Shown here in pieces: positions 9,584 to 18,330 of a DNA stretch of 64,000 nt (its first letter is position 1; the number at the start of each line of letters is the position of its first letter). Source of the stretch: Steroidobacteraceae bacterium (lineage in GTDB: Bacteria > Pseudomonadota > Gammaproteobacteria > Steroidobacterales > Steroidobacteraceae). The position numbers and the translations under genes were made by a program. The notes below the pieces were generated by a model. The model ran no database searches and was not told the DNA's origin. It saw only the letters and a list, made by a program, of their open reading frames with translations. The stretch is from assembly GCA_035644435.1 (NCBI GenBank), contig DASQOO010000115.1, positions 6,556 to 70,555 on the forward strand. Reading direction: 5' to 3'.

Positions 9584-9736
9584 GCAGCGGCCCCCTCTCA
9601 CTACCGCGGCTCGATCTGACTTCCCCTCCTTCGTGACCTGCTCGCGCGCTCGAACTCACTGGCGCGCTCGAGTCATGGCCCGCGCCACCCGGCCAGCAAC
9701 GCTTTTTGCGGATCGCGAACCGACCGGGGGAAACAA

Positions 9737-11089
9737 ATGGCAGCCAGAGTTGCAGTCCTGCGCAATTGGGAAGGCAGCGTGGTCACACGACCACGGGTCA
9801 TCGTTCGTCCGAAGCGCGTCGAAGACATCCAGACCATCCTCGAAAACAGCAAGGCCTTTCCTTCACCGGTGCGCGCCATCGGCGCCAACTATTCGCAGAC
9901 GCGCTGCGCAGTCGCGGACGGCGGCACCATCGTCGAAACGGCGGCGATGAACCGCATTCTCGAGATCACCGATCGCTACATCCGCGTACAGGCTGGCGCC
10001 GCGCTGATCGATGTCGCCATTGCGCTCGAGCAACAGGGACTGCAGCTCCCCGTGAACCCGGATCTCGGCAACCTTACGATGGGTGCGGCTGCACTCGCGC
10101 CCACCAAGGACTCATCGATGCCGGGTGAGATCGGGCAACTCTCCTCCGCGCTCAAGGAGGCAAAGCTGGTGCTGCCGAACGGCAAGAGCGTCACGATCAA
10201 CGAGTCACAGGCGGACTTGCTGAAGCTGGTGCGCTCCAGTTACGGCCTGACCGGCATCGCGCATGAACTGACTTTCCGCGTTGTTCCGTTACGCGCGGTG
10301 CGCCTCGACTACGAGAGCTACTCGCTCGAAGCATTCACCCGGGAATTCCCGGCCCTGAGTGAAATGGGAGCGGGTCTGAAGTTCTACCTGCTGCCGTTTC
10401 GCGATCGCGTGACGGTCGAATTCCGCACCTACGACGACGAGCCGCCTACGTCGCGTTCGGGCATCTGGTCGATCCGCAATTCCGTGATGACCAACGTGCT
10501 CCCCGCTTTCGGCTCGACCGTCAGCAACGCCGTGCCCTTTCCCCCGGTACGCTACTTCTTCATTGAACACTTCAACAGCGTGATGCGCTCGACGCTGGAC
10601 CGTGCCGCGCGCAATGTCACCGTGTATCCGATCGAGTGGGTGCGCAAACTCCCGAAGGATGCCGGCAGGACTCGCTTCACCTACAGCACCTGGGCGTTTC
10701 CGCAGCAGGGTTATCCCGAGCTGATCGCGGACTACTTCGAGTTCTGCCGCGACTACTACAAGCGGCAGCGCTATCGCGCCAACCTGCTGCACCTGGGCCA
10801 CCGCCTGCACCGCGACCCGGGCTCGCTCCTCAGCCCGAGTTTCGCGGCGCCGATGGTCACGCTCGATCCATCGTCCACCGGCGATGCTGGCTGGGAGGAC
10901 TTCGTCATCGAGTTCAACGAATTCTGCTCGCAGCGCCAGGGCACACCGCTCCTCAACCAGACCCGCTCGCTCACCAAGGAACAGACCTGCCAGGCGTTCG
11001 GCGAACGCTGGAAGGTCTTCAACGGGTTCCGCAAGCGGCTCGATCCCGAGGATCGGATGCTCAACGTGTACTTCGCGCAGCTCCTCTAG
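9737..11089 (+). CDS. FAD-binding (PCMH/VAO-type) oxidoreductase, DprE1 / D-arabinono-1,4-lactone-oxidase-like
   Basis: N-terminal FAD_binding_4-like region (WEGSVVTRPRVIVRPKRVEDIQTIL...VRAIGANYS...RVQAGAALIDV...SYGLTGIAHELTFRVVP). C-terminal ..RKRLDPEDRMLNVYFAQLL resembles the ALO/DprE1 C-terminus. SD GGGGGA lies 5 nt before the ATG. Confidence 0.75.
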   Translation: MAARVAVLRNWEGSVVTRPRVIVRPKRVEDIQTILENSKAFPSPVRAIGANYSQTRCAVADGGTIVETAAMNRILEITDRYIRVQAGAALIDVAIALEQQGLQLPVNPDLGNLTMGAAALAPTKDSSMPGEIGQLSSALKEAKLVLPNGKSVTINESQADLLKLVRSSYGLTGIAHELTFRVVPLRAVRLDYESYSLEAFTREFPALSEMGAGLKFYLLPFRDRVTVEFRTYDDEPPTSRSGIWSIRNSVMTNVLPAFGSTVSNAVPFPPVRYFFIEHFNSVMRSTLDRAARNVTVYPIEWVRKLPKDAGRTRFTYSTWAFPQQGYPELIADYFEFCRDYYKRQRYRANLLHLGHRLHRDPGSLLSPSFAAPMVTLDPSSTGDAGWEDFVIEFNEFCSQRQGTPLLNQTRSLTKEQTCQAFGERWKVFNGFRKRLDPEDRMLNVYFAQLL

Positions 11090-11110
11090 CGCCGCGCAGG
11101 CCTGCAGCGC

Positions 11111-11593
11111 TCAGGTGCTCGCCTGCAGGTGCGCCTCGACGAACCAGAGGTACTTGTCGACATCGCGCGAAACGCCGGTGAACAGATCCGTGGTGTCGTC
11201 ATCCCCGAGCTTGTCCGACTCGGAGATCGCCTTGCGCACCTTGCGACCGAAGACGGCCAGCGCAGTCGCCAGAGCATCGACGTGTGCCGAGCCATCGATG
11301 ATGTCGGTCGGATAAGGATCGAGTGAGGTGCGCTTGGCCACCGTCGCCAGCGCACCCTCCGCCGTTCCACCCAGCGAGGTGATGCGCTCGGCAATCGTGT
11401 CGATGTGCTCCTCGATGTTCTCGGCGACCTCGTCGAAGAGCTTGTGGAGCGCGATGAAGTTCGGGCCCTTCACGTTCCAGTGCGCCTGCTTCGCCTGCGT
11501 CTGCAGGTCGATCGCGTCGGCGAGCCGCGCGTTGAGCAGGTCGGCGACCCGGCGACGGGTTTTCTCGGACAGGTCGATACGGGTCTTGTGCAT
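11111..11593 (-). CDS. dps: DNA starvation/stationary-phase protection protein Dps
   Basis: Dps/ferritin-like motifs QAKQAHWNVKGPNFIALHKLFDE and HIDTIAERI; typical length of 160 aa. Confidence 0.9.
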   Translation of the reverse strand: MHKTRIDLSEKTRRRVADLLNARLADAIDLQTQAKQAHWNVKGPNFIALHKLFDEVAENIEEHIDTIAERITSLGGTAEGALATVAKRTSLDPYPTDIIDGSAHVDALATALAVFGRKVRKAISESDKLGDDDTTDLFTGVSRDVDKYLWFVEAHLQAST

Positions 11594-11692
11594 GTCAGAC
11601 TCCTTGAGGTACGGCAGCTATTTTCCACGGCCGCGAGGTTCGTTCCCAATTGTTGCTGTCGATCGGGTCGATCGAGGCCGAAAATCGCCGAT

Positions 11693-12679
11693 TCAATGTT
11701 GCCGGCGGATTCCGAAGTAGAAGGCGACATCCGGGGAGCCGCCAACCCGCACATCCTCCGTCACCGCCAGCTCAAAACGCCAGCCGCCTGCGGTCCGATA
11801 ATGGCCGCCGATTGTTAAGAGGACTGCAGCACCCAGGAAGTCGAGGTCGCTGTCCTTGACGCAGCTGTCATGCGCATCGACCTGCATGGCGAGCCCGTAG
11901 CGGGTCCCCGCGTCCCAGCTCAATGCGACCGTGCCGAACGGAATCACGCTGCTGGCCTCGAGCGGCAATGGATCGACAGAACCGGGCCTGGACATTCCCA
12001 GCGTCGCATCGAGGCGCCAGTCTCGGCCCAATTGCCACTGCCCGCTGATCCAGCCGGCCACGTCGACGGCACCGTTGCTGGTCAGGGCGTGGGTTTCGCC
12101 GGTCGGCAGCTCCAGTCCGAGCCAGACATCGATGGTGGTCGCAGCGGTCGACAGGGCCGTGAAGCCCGCCTCGATCGATGAATCCGCGATGCCGGTATGG
12201 CTGCCGGTGATGTCGATCGCTGCGCCGCTCGCGCCCTGTCCGGCAAGGTAGGCGAACTCGAGCTCGTTCTCCGGTCGCAGCGGACGATCGCCCCGCGGTA
12301 AGCCGAGTAAGCGGTGCCAGTCGTCGATGACCGAATCCAGGTGGCCGCCGCTGTAGTGCACGACGGGGATCGAGAACTGCAGCTGCCATCGCCTGGCGAC
12401 TCGCCAGGAGCCATTCCACCGCAGCTCGGTGCTCTCACCATCGACGAGCAGCTCCTCACCGTTGCGCGATTCGATATTGGTAGTGTTGCTGATAGTCAGT
12501 GCGAGGTCCTGTCGCCATGAAGCATCGGACGGCAGCACCGGTCGGCCGAGCGGCAGGTAGACACCGCGAATCAGCGGATTCTGATCGCGCACCAGGAACG
12601 GCTCCGCTTGTACTGTCGGACCCGCCACGCAGAGCGCCAGGCAGGTGCAGGCCCAAAGGCCGGGTTCGCGATGGATCAC
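11693..12679 (-). CDS. DUF3187-like putative outer-membrane beta-barrel protein
   Basis: Signal peptide ending VQA. EPFLVRDQNPLIRGVYLP N-terminus typical of DUF3187. Alternating beta-strand pattern, aromatic C-terminus. GTG start. Confidence 0.6.
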   Translation of the reverse strand: MIHREPGLWACTCLALCVAGPTVQAEPFLVRDQNPLIRGVYLPLGRPVLPSDASWRQDLALTISNTTNIESRNGEELLVDGESTELRWNGSWRVARRWQLQFSIPVVHYSGGHLDSVIDDWHRLLGLPRGDRPLRPENELEFAYLAGQGASGAAIDITGSHTGIADSSIEAGFTALSTAATTIDVWLGLELPTGETHALTSNGAVDVAGWISGQWQLGRDWRLDATLGMSRPGSVDPLPLEASSVIPFGTVALSWDAGTRYGLAMQVDAHDSCVKDSDLDFLGAAVLLTIGGHYRTAGGWRFELAVTEDVRVGGSPDVAFYFGIRRQH

Positions 12680-12701
12680 CCGGTCGCAGTTTACTGGCGC
12701 A

Positions 12702-12732
12702 CAAAAAAAGCAGCCAAGCTTTCGCTTGGCTG
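12702..12732 (-). terminator. Rho-independent terminator after the ytrA-like ABC operon
   Basis: On the minus strand: cagccaagc-GAAA-gcttggctg (perfect 9-bp stem) followed directly by a 7-T run. Preceded by a second hairpin gcaggtcc(N13)ggacctgc at 12741-12769. Confidence 0.8.
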
Positions 12733-12800
12733 AGAAGTACGCAGGTCCCAGGGGATTTTGCGGACCTGCAGTGATTGGTCGGTGTGCTGAGCGATGCGGT

Positions 12801-13700
12801 TCACGTCTCGCTGCGGCGCCGCCGCAGCAGGATGGCGGCCCAGATGAATCCGGCTGCCACGATGAGCCCGATCCACAGACCGGGGCTGGAGAAGAACGTG
12901 CCGGGGTCGATAGAGTCGATGAGACGCCCTGTCATCGGGATGCGACTACCATCGACGTCAGCGGCGCGCTCGGCAGCATTGGTATTGAGTGCGAGGTGGA
13001 ACCAGCCGCCGAACCGATCACGAAGCATGTGTGCAACATGGAACGTCTGGAGAAAACCGTACTCCAGGAGCATGAGTGCCAGAATCGGCAACACAGCCCA
13101 GAGAATCACAGCACGGCGCGCCCAAGCGGAAACCAACAGCAGCCAGCCGAGAATCGGCAAGTACCACAAAGTCATTGTTGCCATCGAATAGAGAATCAGT
13201 GCGTGTGCGGCAAACCAGAGGCGTGGCTCCCAGACCATCGACCAGACATGCTCCACCGTACCGCTCAATCGCAGACTACCGATGAGACCAAACAGTAGGT
13301 TAGTGGCCAGTACCGCCCCGAAAGTCATCAGTGGAAGTGCGACAGCTGCGACTACAAGCTTCGAAATCACGGTCTCTCGATCCGAGACCGGCAACGACTT
13401 CCAGAACAGCACGCTGCGATCCTTGCGATCGGCGTACAGGCTGTCGAGAAGGTAGAAGAGGGTAAGAAAGCCCATCGAGATCAGGTATGGCACCGCAACG
13501 CCTGTGAGCAGGAGCGTAAGGATGGCGTAGCGCTTGCTCTCAAATTCAGGATTCCCTACCAAATCGAGTGAAGCGTGACGGAACTGTGGATGGCCAAACG
13601 TAATGATTAGAATCAGGATGGCAGCAACGACGGCCGGCGCGATGAAGAACGAGCGGTGCTCCCAGAACTCGCGGCGTATCAGCAGCGGGAGGTGGTTCAT
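12801..13700 (-). CDS. ABC-2 type transporter permease
   Basis: Six or more TM helices. ATGA overlap with the upstream ATPase gene. No other recognisable motif. Confidence 0.7.
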   Translation of the reverse strand: MNHLPLLIRREFWEHRSFFIAPAVVAAILILIITFGHPQFRHASLDLVGNPEFESKRYAILTLLLTGVAVPYLISMGFLTLFYLLDSLYADRKDRSVLFWKSLPVSDRETVISKLVVAAVALPLMTFGAVLATNLLFGLIGSLRLSGTVEHVWSMVWEPRLWFAAHALILYSMATMTLWYLPILGWLLLVSAWARRAVILWAVLPILALMLLEYGFLQTFHVAHMLRDRFGGWFHLALNTNAAERAADVDGSRIPMTGRLIDSIDPGTFFSSPGLWIGLIVAAGFIWAAILLRRRRSET

Positions 13701-14554
13701 GCGGCGGCTCCCTTGATCTTGGCGACGAACAGGTCCGCCACGCTCGGGGTGCGGGCGTCGCCCAGCTTGTGCAGCGCGTCGGCGGCGGCATTCTGAAAGA
13801 ACATCACCGTGCGTCCGAACACCTCGCGTTCGTAGAACGGCTTGAATTCGCGGGCCGCGGCGACGTGATCGGGGTTGACCGTGAGCTGCACGAAGCTCTC
13901 GGCAACCTGCTCCATGGTGCTGTCGAGCACGATGCGGCCGCGGTCGATGAACAGCACGTCGGTGAGGAGGTTCTCCACCTCTTCGACCTGGTGAGTGGTG
14001 ATGACAATCGTGCGCTCGTGGTCGAAATAGTCGGACAGCAGGCTCTCGTAGAACTGCTTGCGATAGATGATGTCGAGGCCGATTGTCGGCTCATCGAGCA
14101 CCAGCAGCTTCGCATCGATCGCCATCACCAGCGCCAGGTGCAGCTGCGTGATCATGCCCTTCGACAATTCACGCACGCGGCTGGTGCGCTTGATGTTGGT
14201 GCGGCCGAGAAACTGTTCGGCAAGCTCTGGCCGGAAGCGCGGATGCACGCCGGCGACGAAATCCACTGCCTGCTGCACGCGCAGCCAGCCCGGGAGAACC
14301 GCGACATCGGCGATGAAGCAGACTTCCTGCATCAGCCGGTCGCGCTGGGTATAGGGGTCGAGGTCGAGCACTTTGAGCTCGCCTTCGTAGTTGGTGAGCC
14401 CGAGGATCGCGCGCAGCGCAGTGGTCTTGCCGGCGCCGTTGGGGCCAATCAAGCCCACGATGCGTCCAGCCGCGGCACTGAAGCTCACGTTGTCCAGCGC
14501 GTGGAACTTGCCAAATGACTTGCTCAGTCCACGCGCTTCAATCACTGCGCCCAT
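13697..14554 (-). CDS. ABC transporter ATP-binding protein
   Basis: Walker A GPNGAGKTT, signature LSKGMITQ, Walker B LLVLDEPTIGLD. Start chosen at MGAVIEARGL; the track ORF extends to 14677. Confidence 0.9.
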   Translation of the reverse strand: MGAVIEARGLSKSFGKFHALDNVSFSAAAGRIVGLIGPNGAGKTTALRAILGLTNYEGELKVLDLDPYTQRDRLMQEVCFIADVAVLPGWLRVQQAVDFVAGVHPRFRPELAEQFLGRTNIKRTSRVRELSKGMITQLHLALVMAIDAKLLVLDEPTIGLDIIYRKQFYESLLSDYFDHERTIVITTHQVEEVENLLTDVLFIDRGRIVLDSTMEQVAESFVQLTVNPDHVAAAREFKPFYEREVFGRTVMFFQNAAADALHKLGDARTPSVADLFVAKIKGAAA

Positions 14555-14975
14555 CGGCGACCTCGCTCGATCCGGATTTGTTGCCGTCGCTGTCGGTGCC
14601 ACTCTTGGCGGCTTTGAGCAGGTCGGCGGCGCTGAGCCCAAGGCGGTTGATTGTTGCCAAGACCTTCGGCCACTCATCTTCCAGGAACTTCTGCCGTTCG
14701 TCCTTCATCAGGATCCGGCGCGCGCCTTCGGTAACGAACATGCCCCGACCGCGCCGCTTCTCGACCAGTTGCTCGTCGACCAGCTGCTGGTAGCCCTTGA
14801 GGACCGTCAGCGGATTGAGCTGGTATTCGGCCGCTACGTTGCGCACCGAAGGCAGCGCATCGCCGTCCTTCAGCACACCCTCGAGGATCATCGCGACCAC
14901 GCGATCCCGGAGCTGCCGATAGATCGGCTGACCGTCATTCCAGTTCGGATCCATGCTGCTGCCTTCAGCGTTCAC
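14538..14975 (-). CDS. GntR family (YtrA subfamily) transcriptional regulator
   Basis: Winged-HTH PIYRQLRDRVVAMILEGVLKDGDALPSVRNVAAEYQLNPLTVLKGYQQL with a short C-terminal tail. The start may be the internal MDPNW at 14954. Confidence 0.85.
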   Translation of the reverse strand: MNAEGSSMDPNWNDGQPIYRQLRDRVVAMILEGVLKDGDALPSVRNVAAEYQLNPLTVLKGYQQLVDEQLVEKRRGRGMFVTEGARRILMKDERQKFLEDEWPKVLATINRLGLSAADLLKAAKSGTDSDGNKSGSSEVADGRSD

Positions 14976-14995
14976 TGTGCTGGGCGATTAGCGAA

Positions 14996-15337
14996 CTACT
15001 GTACCAGAACGGCCCGCGGCGACCGGTTGCGTGCCGGCGACTCACCGCTGCTGTTGTTGTGCGTGTCGCGCTCCGCGAAGGTGGAAACGCGCGGCGCTGT
15101 CACCGTCATGCTTCCCAGCTGCGCGATTTCGCGCACTCGCTTCGCCTCGACAACCATCGAGCCTGCGTCGGCAAGCCGGATCATCGGAGCCGTCACTTCG
15201 AGCTGACCCATGAACGCCACCGTCGTGGCCGGGCTCGCGCATCCCTCACCTGCCCAGGCACCAGCTGCCATGAGTGAGAAGAGGCCAACTGTCGCCAACT
15301 GCACCGTGCCCGTTGCTTTGCGATTCTTCGTGAACAT
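14996..15337 (-). CDS. Small secreted hypothetical protein (first gene of the ytrA-like operon)
   Basis: Strong SD AGGAGG 8 nt upstream of the ATG. Signal peptide (LFSLMAAGAWA). Two xxVTAPxx repeats (LEVTAPMIR, MTVTAPRVS). Confidence 0.6.
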   Translation of the reverse strand: MFTKNRKATGTVQLATVGLFSLMAAGAWAGEGCASPATTVAFMGQLEVTAPMIRLADAGSMVVEAKRVREIAQLGSMTVTAPRVSTFAERDTHNNSSGESPARNRSPRAVLVQ

Positions 15338-15434
15338 CTGCCTATCCTCCTGACTCGGTTTGTTGTGGCTGGAGCCTCAGCCCTTGTCTTGCCCTTCGGT
15401 TCTGCTAGCGCCTTTGGACTGTGCTAGCTCCTTG

Positions 15435-15456
15435 GTGTTGTAGTTAACTATAACAC
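15435..15456. promoter_or_regulatory. 22-bp near-perfect palindrome, candidate YtrA/GntR operator
   Basis: GTGTTgTAGTTAACTAtAACAC, 10/11 matching arm positions centred on TTAA. Lies about 100 nt upstream of the small-ORF/gntR operon in a low-GC gap. Overlaps a possible minus-strand -10, with a TTGCAT -35 at 15465-15470. Confidence 0.55.
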
Positions 15457-15688
15457 TAAATCCTATGCAAGCCCTTTTTGAAAGGTCCTGGAGGACCTGG
15501 CCTGTAGCGATTACAAATCAATAGGTTACCTAGAGCGCTGACCCCCTTCGATGCGCCGATGCGTTCAAATCCAGCATGAAACTGCGCAAGAACCGCGAGG
15601 CCGTAGGCCTGTGAACGGCACTTTTACCCCGGCCTTGACCCTGCTTTCCCCGCTTGCGGCGCCTCGGCGCGTCGGTATCGTGCTGCGG

Positions 15689-16309
15689 ATGGTTCCGATG
15701 GAAGAGGATTCGGCGCTGATGGCCCGCTACGCGCGCGGCGATCTCGCCGCATTCACGCAGCTCTACCAGCATCACAGGGAATCGCTATATCGCTACCTGC
15801 TGCGCCTGACGCGCGATCGTGCCGCGACCGAGGACTTGTTCCAGGAAGTGTGGAGTCGCGTGATCGCGAGTCGGGAGCGCTACGAACCCCGCGCCAAGTT
15901 CTCCACGTTTCTGTTCTCGATTGGACACAACTGCTTCATCGACTACTGTCGACGCAACGCGAATTCAGCTGCAGCGCGTGCGGAATCGCTGGACGGCTTT
16001 GAAGACCTGCTCGCCGACTCGTCGCATCGCGGACCAGAACGCCAGGCTGAAAGCGCGCAGACTGCCGCGCGATTTCGCGCCGCTCTCGAACGCCTTCCGG
16101 CCGAGCAGCGCGAAGTGTTCCTGCTGCACGAAGAGGCGGGGCTCAACCTGGAAGAGATCGGCAAGCTGACGGGCGTGGGCATGGAAACGGCGAAGAGCCG
16201 CCTGCGTTACGCGGTCGCGAAGCTGCGGCTGAGCCTCGTGGATGAAGTAGCCGGCGCTGCGACGCTGGTGCCGCAGGGAGCAGAGAGAGGAACGAGGCGA
16301 TGGCCGTGA
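15689..16309 (+). CDS. ECF (sigma-70 family group 4) RNA polymerase sigma factor
   Basis: Region 2 (ALMARYARGDLAAFTQLYQHH...DLFQEVWSRV) and region 4 HTH (REVFLLHEEAGLNLEEIGKLTGVGMETAKSRLRYA). The start is 15689 or 15698. Confidence 0.85.
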   Translation: MVPMEEDSALMARYARGDLAAFTQLYQHHRESLYRYLLRLTRDRAATEDLFQEVWSRVIASRERYEPRAKFSTFLFSIGHNCFIDYCRRNANSAAARAESLDGFEDLLADSSHRGPERQAESAQTAARFRAALERLPAEQREVFLLHEEAGLNLEEIGKLTGVGMETAKSRLRYAVAKLRLSLVDEVAGAATLVPQGAERGTRRWP

Positions 16310-17109
16310 ACGAATCGGAAGAACAGGCACTCGAGCGCTTCCTGCAGCGCTCCAGCGCTCTGTCGCGCGCCTATCAGCAACTCGAGGACGAGTCCCCTTC
16401 CCCCGCGCTCGATCGAGTCGTGATTGCTGCGGCCCGCGATGCGATCGGAGCGCAACAGCAACCGCGCAGGCAGTGGCGCTGGCCTTCGCTCGCGCTCGCA
16501 GCCACGGTGTTGCTGTCCTTCGCCATCGTGATGCGCTTGTCGTTGCCGACGGATAAGCGGAGCGCGGTTCCCGCACCACCAGCGGCTACTCCCGCCGAGC
16601 TCGGAAAGTCATTGCCGTCTCCACAAGCTCCCGCGCCCGCAGCAGTGGCGCCGGAGAGTGCACGACTTGCGGCGCCTGCCTTGGCGCGAGAGCGCCTGCG
16701 GGCGGCGCCCGCATCCCGTGACGAAGACAAGAAACTAGAGGCGGCCGACGCCGTTTCGACCCAGGAAATGGATTCAGTGAACGAGGCGCCAGCAGCGCCG
16801 GGTTCGGTAGCGCAGCCCCCGCTCGCCGCTGCTTCGGCGCCTGAGCCTGCAACAAGCGGGCTTACGTCGCCGTCTGCCAAGCGAGCCTTCAGCACTTCGT
16901 CATCGATCAATCCGTCAGCGTCCCCCAAGGACGCGCGGCAAAAAGCCGCCGCGAAGAAGAGCGGTGTGAAACCGGCCAAGGAATGGCTCGAGGAGATTGC
17001 GCGCCTGCGCGCGAGTGGCCAGGCGGAGGCCGCCGATCGTGAGTTTGCGAGCTTCCAGAAGACGTATCCGAACTACGTACACGGGGTCGACACGACACCG
17101 ACTCAATGA
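16300..17109 (+). CDS. Putative anti-sigma factor (single-pass membrane protein)
   Basis: 10-nt overlap with the ECF sigma gene. Short cytoplasmic N-terminus, TM helix WPSLALAATVLLSFAIVM, Ala/Pro-rich periplasmic part. Confidence 0.6.
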   Translation: MAVNESEEQALERFLQRSSALSRAYQQLEDESPSPALDRVVIAAARDAIGAQQQPRRQWRWPSLALAATVLLSFAIVMRLSLPTDKRSAVPAPPAATPAELGKSLPSPQAPAPAAVAPESARLAAPALARERLRAAPASRDEDKKLEAADAVSTQEMDSVNEAPAAPGSVAQPPLAAASAPEPATSGLTSPSAKRAFSTSSSINPSASPKDARQKAAAKKSGVKPAKEWLEEIARLRASGQAEAADREFASFQKTYPNYVHGVDTTPTQ

Positions 17110-17204
17110 TGGCCCGCGAGCGTGCGTCATTCGCCGGGACACTCTAGAATCTGCGCCCCTTTTGGCGGCGGCCTTACCGCCAGCGCTGAGACCTGGAGGT
17201 GGAA

Positions 17205-18182
17205 ATGAAGCAGCCCGTCACCGTAGCCATCACTGGAGCCGCCGGCCAGATCGGCTACGCGCTCGCCTTTCGCGTCGCGTCCGGACAGATGCTGGGCGCC
17301 GATCAGCCGATCAATCTGCACCTGCTGGAGATCACTCCGGCGCTGCCCGCACTGCAGGGCGTGGTGATGGAAATCCAAGACTGCGCGTTTCCGACCGTCA
17401 ACACTGTGGTGGCGACGGATGATGCCAAGGTCGCGTTCCGGGACTGCAACGTAGCATTGCTGGTCGGCGCTCGACCGCGCGGACCGGGGATGGAGCGCAA
17501 GGATCTGCTGCTCGCCAACGCGCAGATCTTCTCGGCCCAGGGAAAGGCGCTCGACGCGGTCGCGAACCGCGACATCAAGGTGCTGGTGGTCGGCAATCCT
17601 GCCAACACCAATGCCCTGATCGCGCAACGCAACGCTCCTGGCCTCAAGGGGCAACGTTTCACCGCGATGACGCGGCTCGATCACAACCGCGCCCTGTCGC
17701 AGCTCGCGCAGAAGACGAACAGCCATGTCACGCGCATCCGCCGGATGACGATCTGGGGCAATCACTCCGCGACGCAGTACCCCGACCTCAATCACGCCAC
17801 GGTCGATGGCAAGGCAGTGAAGTCGCTCGTCGATGCAAAATGGGTTGCCGAAAGCTTCATCCCGGTCGTGCAGCAGCGCGGCGCCGCGATCATCAAGGCG
17901 CGCGGTGCGTCCTCGGCCGCTTCCGCAGCCTCAGCCGCCATCGATCACGTGCGCGACTGGGTGAAGGGGACGGCCGACGGCGACTGGGTGAGCATGGGGG
18001 TCCCTGCCGATGGCAGTTATGGCATTGGTGAGGGTGTCATCTATTCCCATCCAGTCACTTGTCGCGACGGCGAGTACCAGATCGTGCAGGGGCTCGAGAT
18101 CGACACTTTCAGCCGCGAGCGAATGGATGCGACAGAACGCGAACTGCGCGAGGAGCGCGACGGGGTAAAAGAGCTGATCTGA
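17205..18182 (+). CDS. mdh: Malate dehydrogenase (LDH-like, NAD-dependent)
   Basis: [24 protein letters not shown]-terminus. SD GGAGG 6 nt upstream of the ATG at 17205. Typical length of 325 aa. Confidence 0.95.
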   Translation: MKQPVTVAITGAAGQIGYALAFRVASGQMLGADQPINLHLLEITPALPALQGVVMEIQDCAFPTVNTVVATDDAKVAFRDCNVALLVGARPRGPGMERKDLLLANAQIFSAQGKALDAVANRDIKVLVVGNPANTNALIAQRNAPGLKGQRFTAMTRLDHNRALSQLAQKTNSHVTRIRRMTIWGNHSATQYPDLNHATVDGKAVKSLVDAKWVAESFIPVVQQRGAAIIKARGASSAASAASAAIDHVRDWVKGTADGDWVSMGVPADGSYGIGEGVIYSHPVTCRDGEYQIVQGLEIDTFSRERMDATERELREERDGVKELI

Positions 18183-18330
18183 GCCCTCGCCTCGACCACA
18201 ACTCCCCTGGGATCACGCAGCTCCGCGGGTGAGGGCGCGGCTGGTCTCGCTCCAGTTCGGCCGCTATAGTGACCTCAAAAGGCCGCGGCAATCCGGACCG
18301 CGGCGGCCCCGAGCCCGCAAGGATTCCGCC

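Noticed and set aside
9641-9710. Possible intrinsic terminator in the riboswitch expression platform
   Set aside because: Only 5-6 bp stems (gcgcgc/gcgcgc, tggcc/ggcca) are present, and the TTTTT tract is separated from them. This is not convincing enough to call a terminator, so the mechanism is left open.
15483-15498. Inverted repeat AGGTCC-tgga-GGACCT in the gntR/ECF intergenic region
   Set aside because: A 6-bp stem with no adjacent T-tract and no second copy. It could be a protein-binding site or chance, and there is not enough support to annotate it.
18239-18258. CTGGTCTCGCTCCAG upstream of fadE as a possible FadR box
   Set aside because: Only the CTGGTC half matches the remembered enterobacterial FadR consensus. 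The other half does not match, and the arms are only 4 bp.
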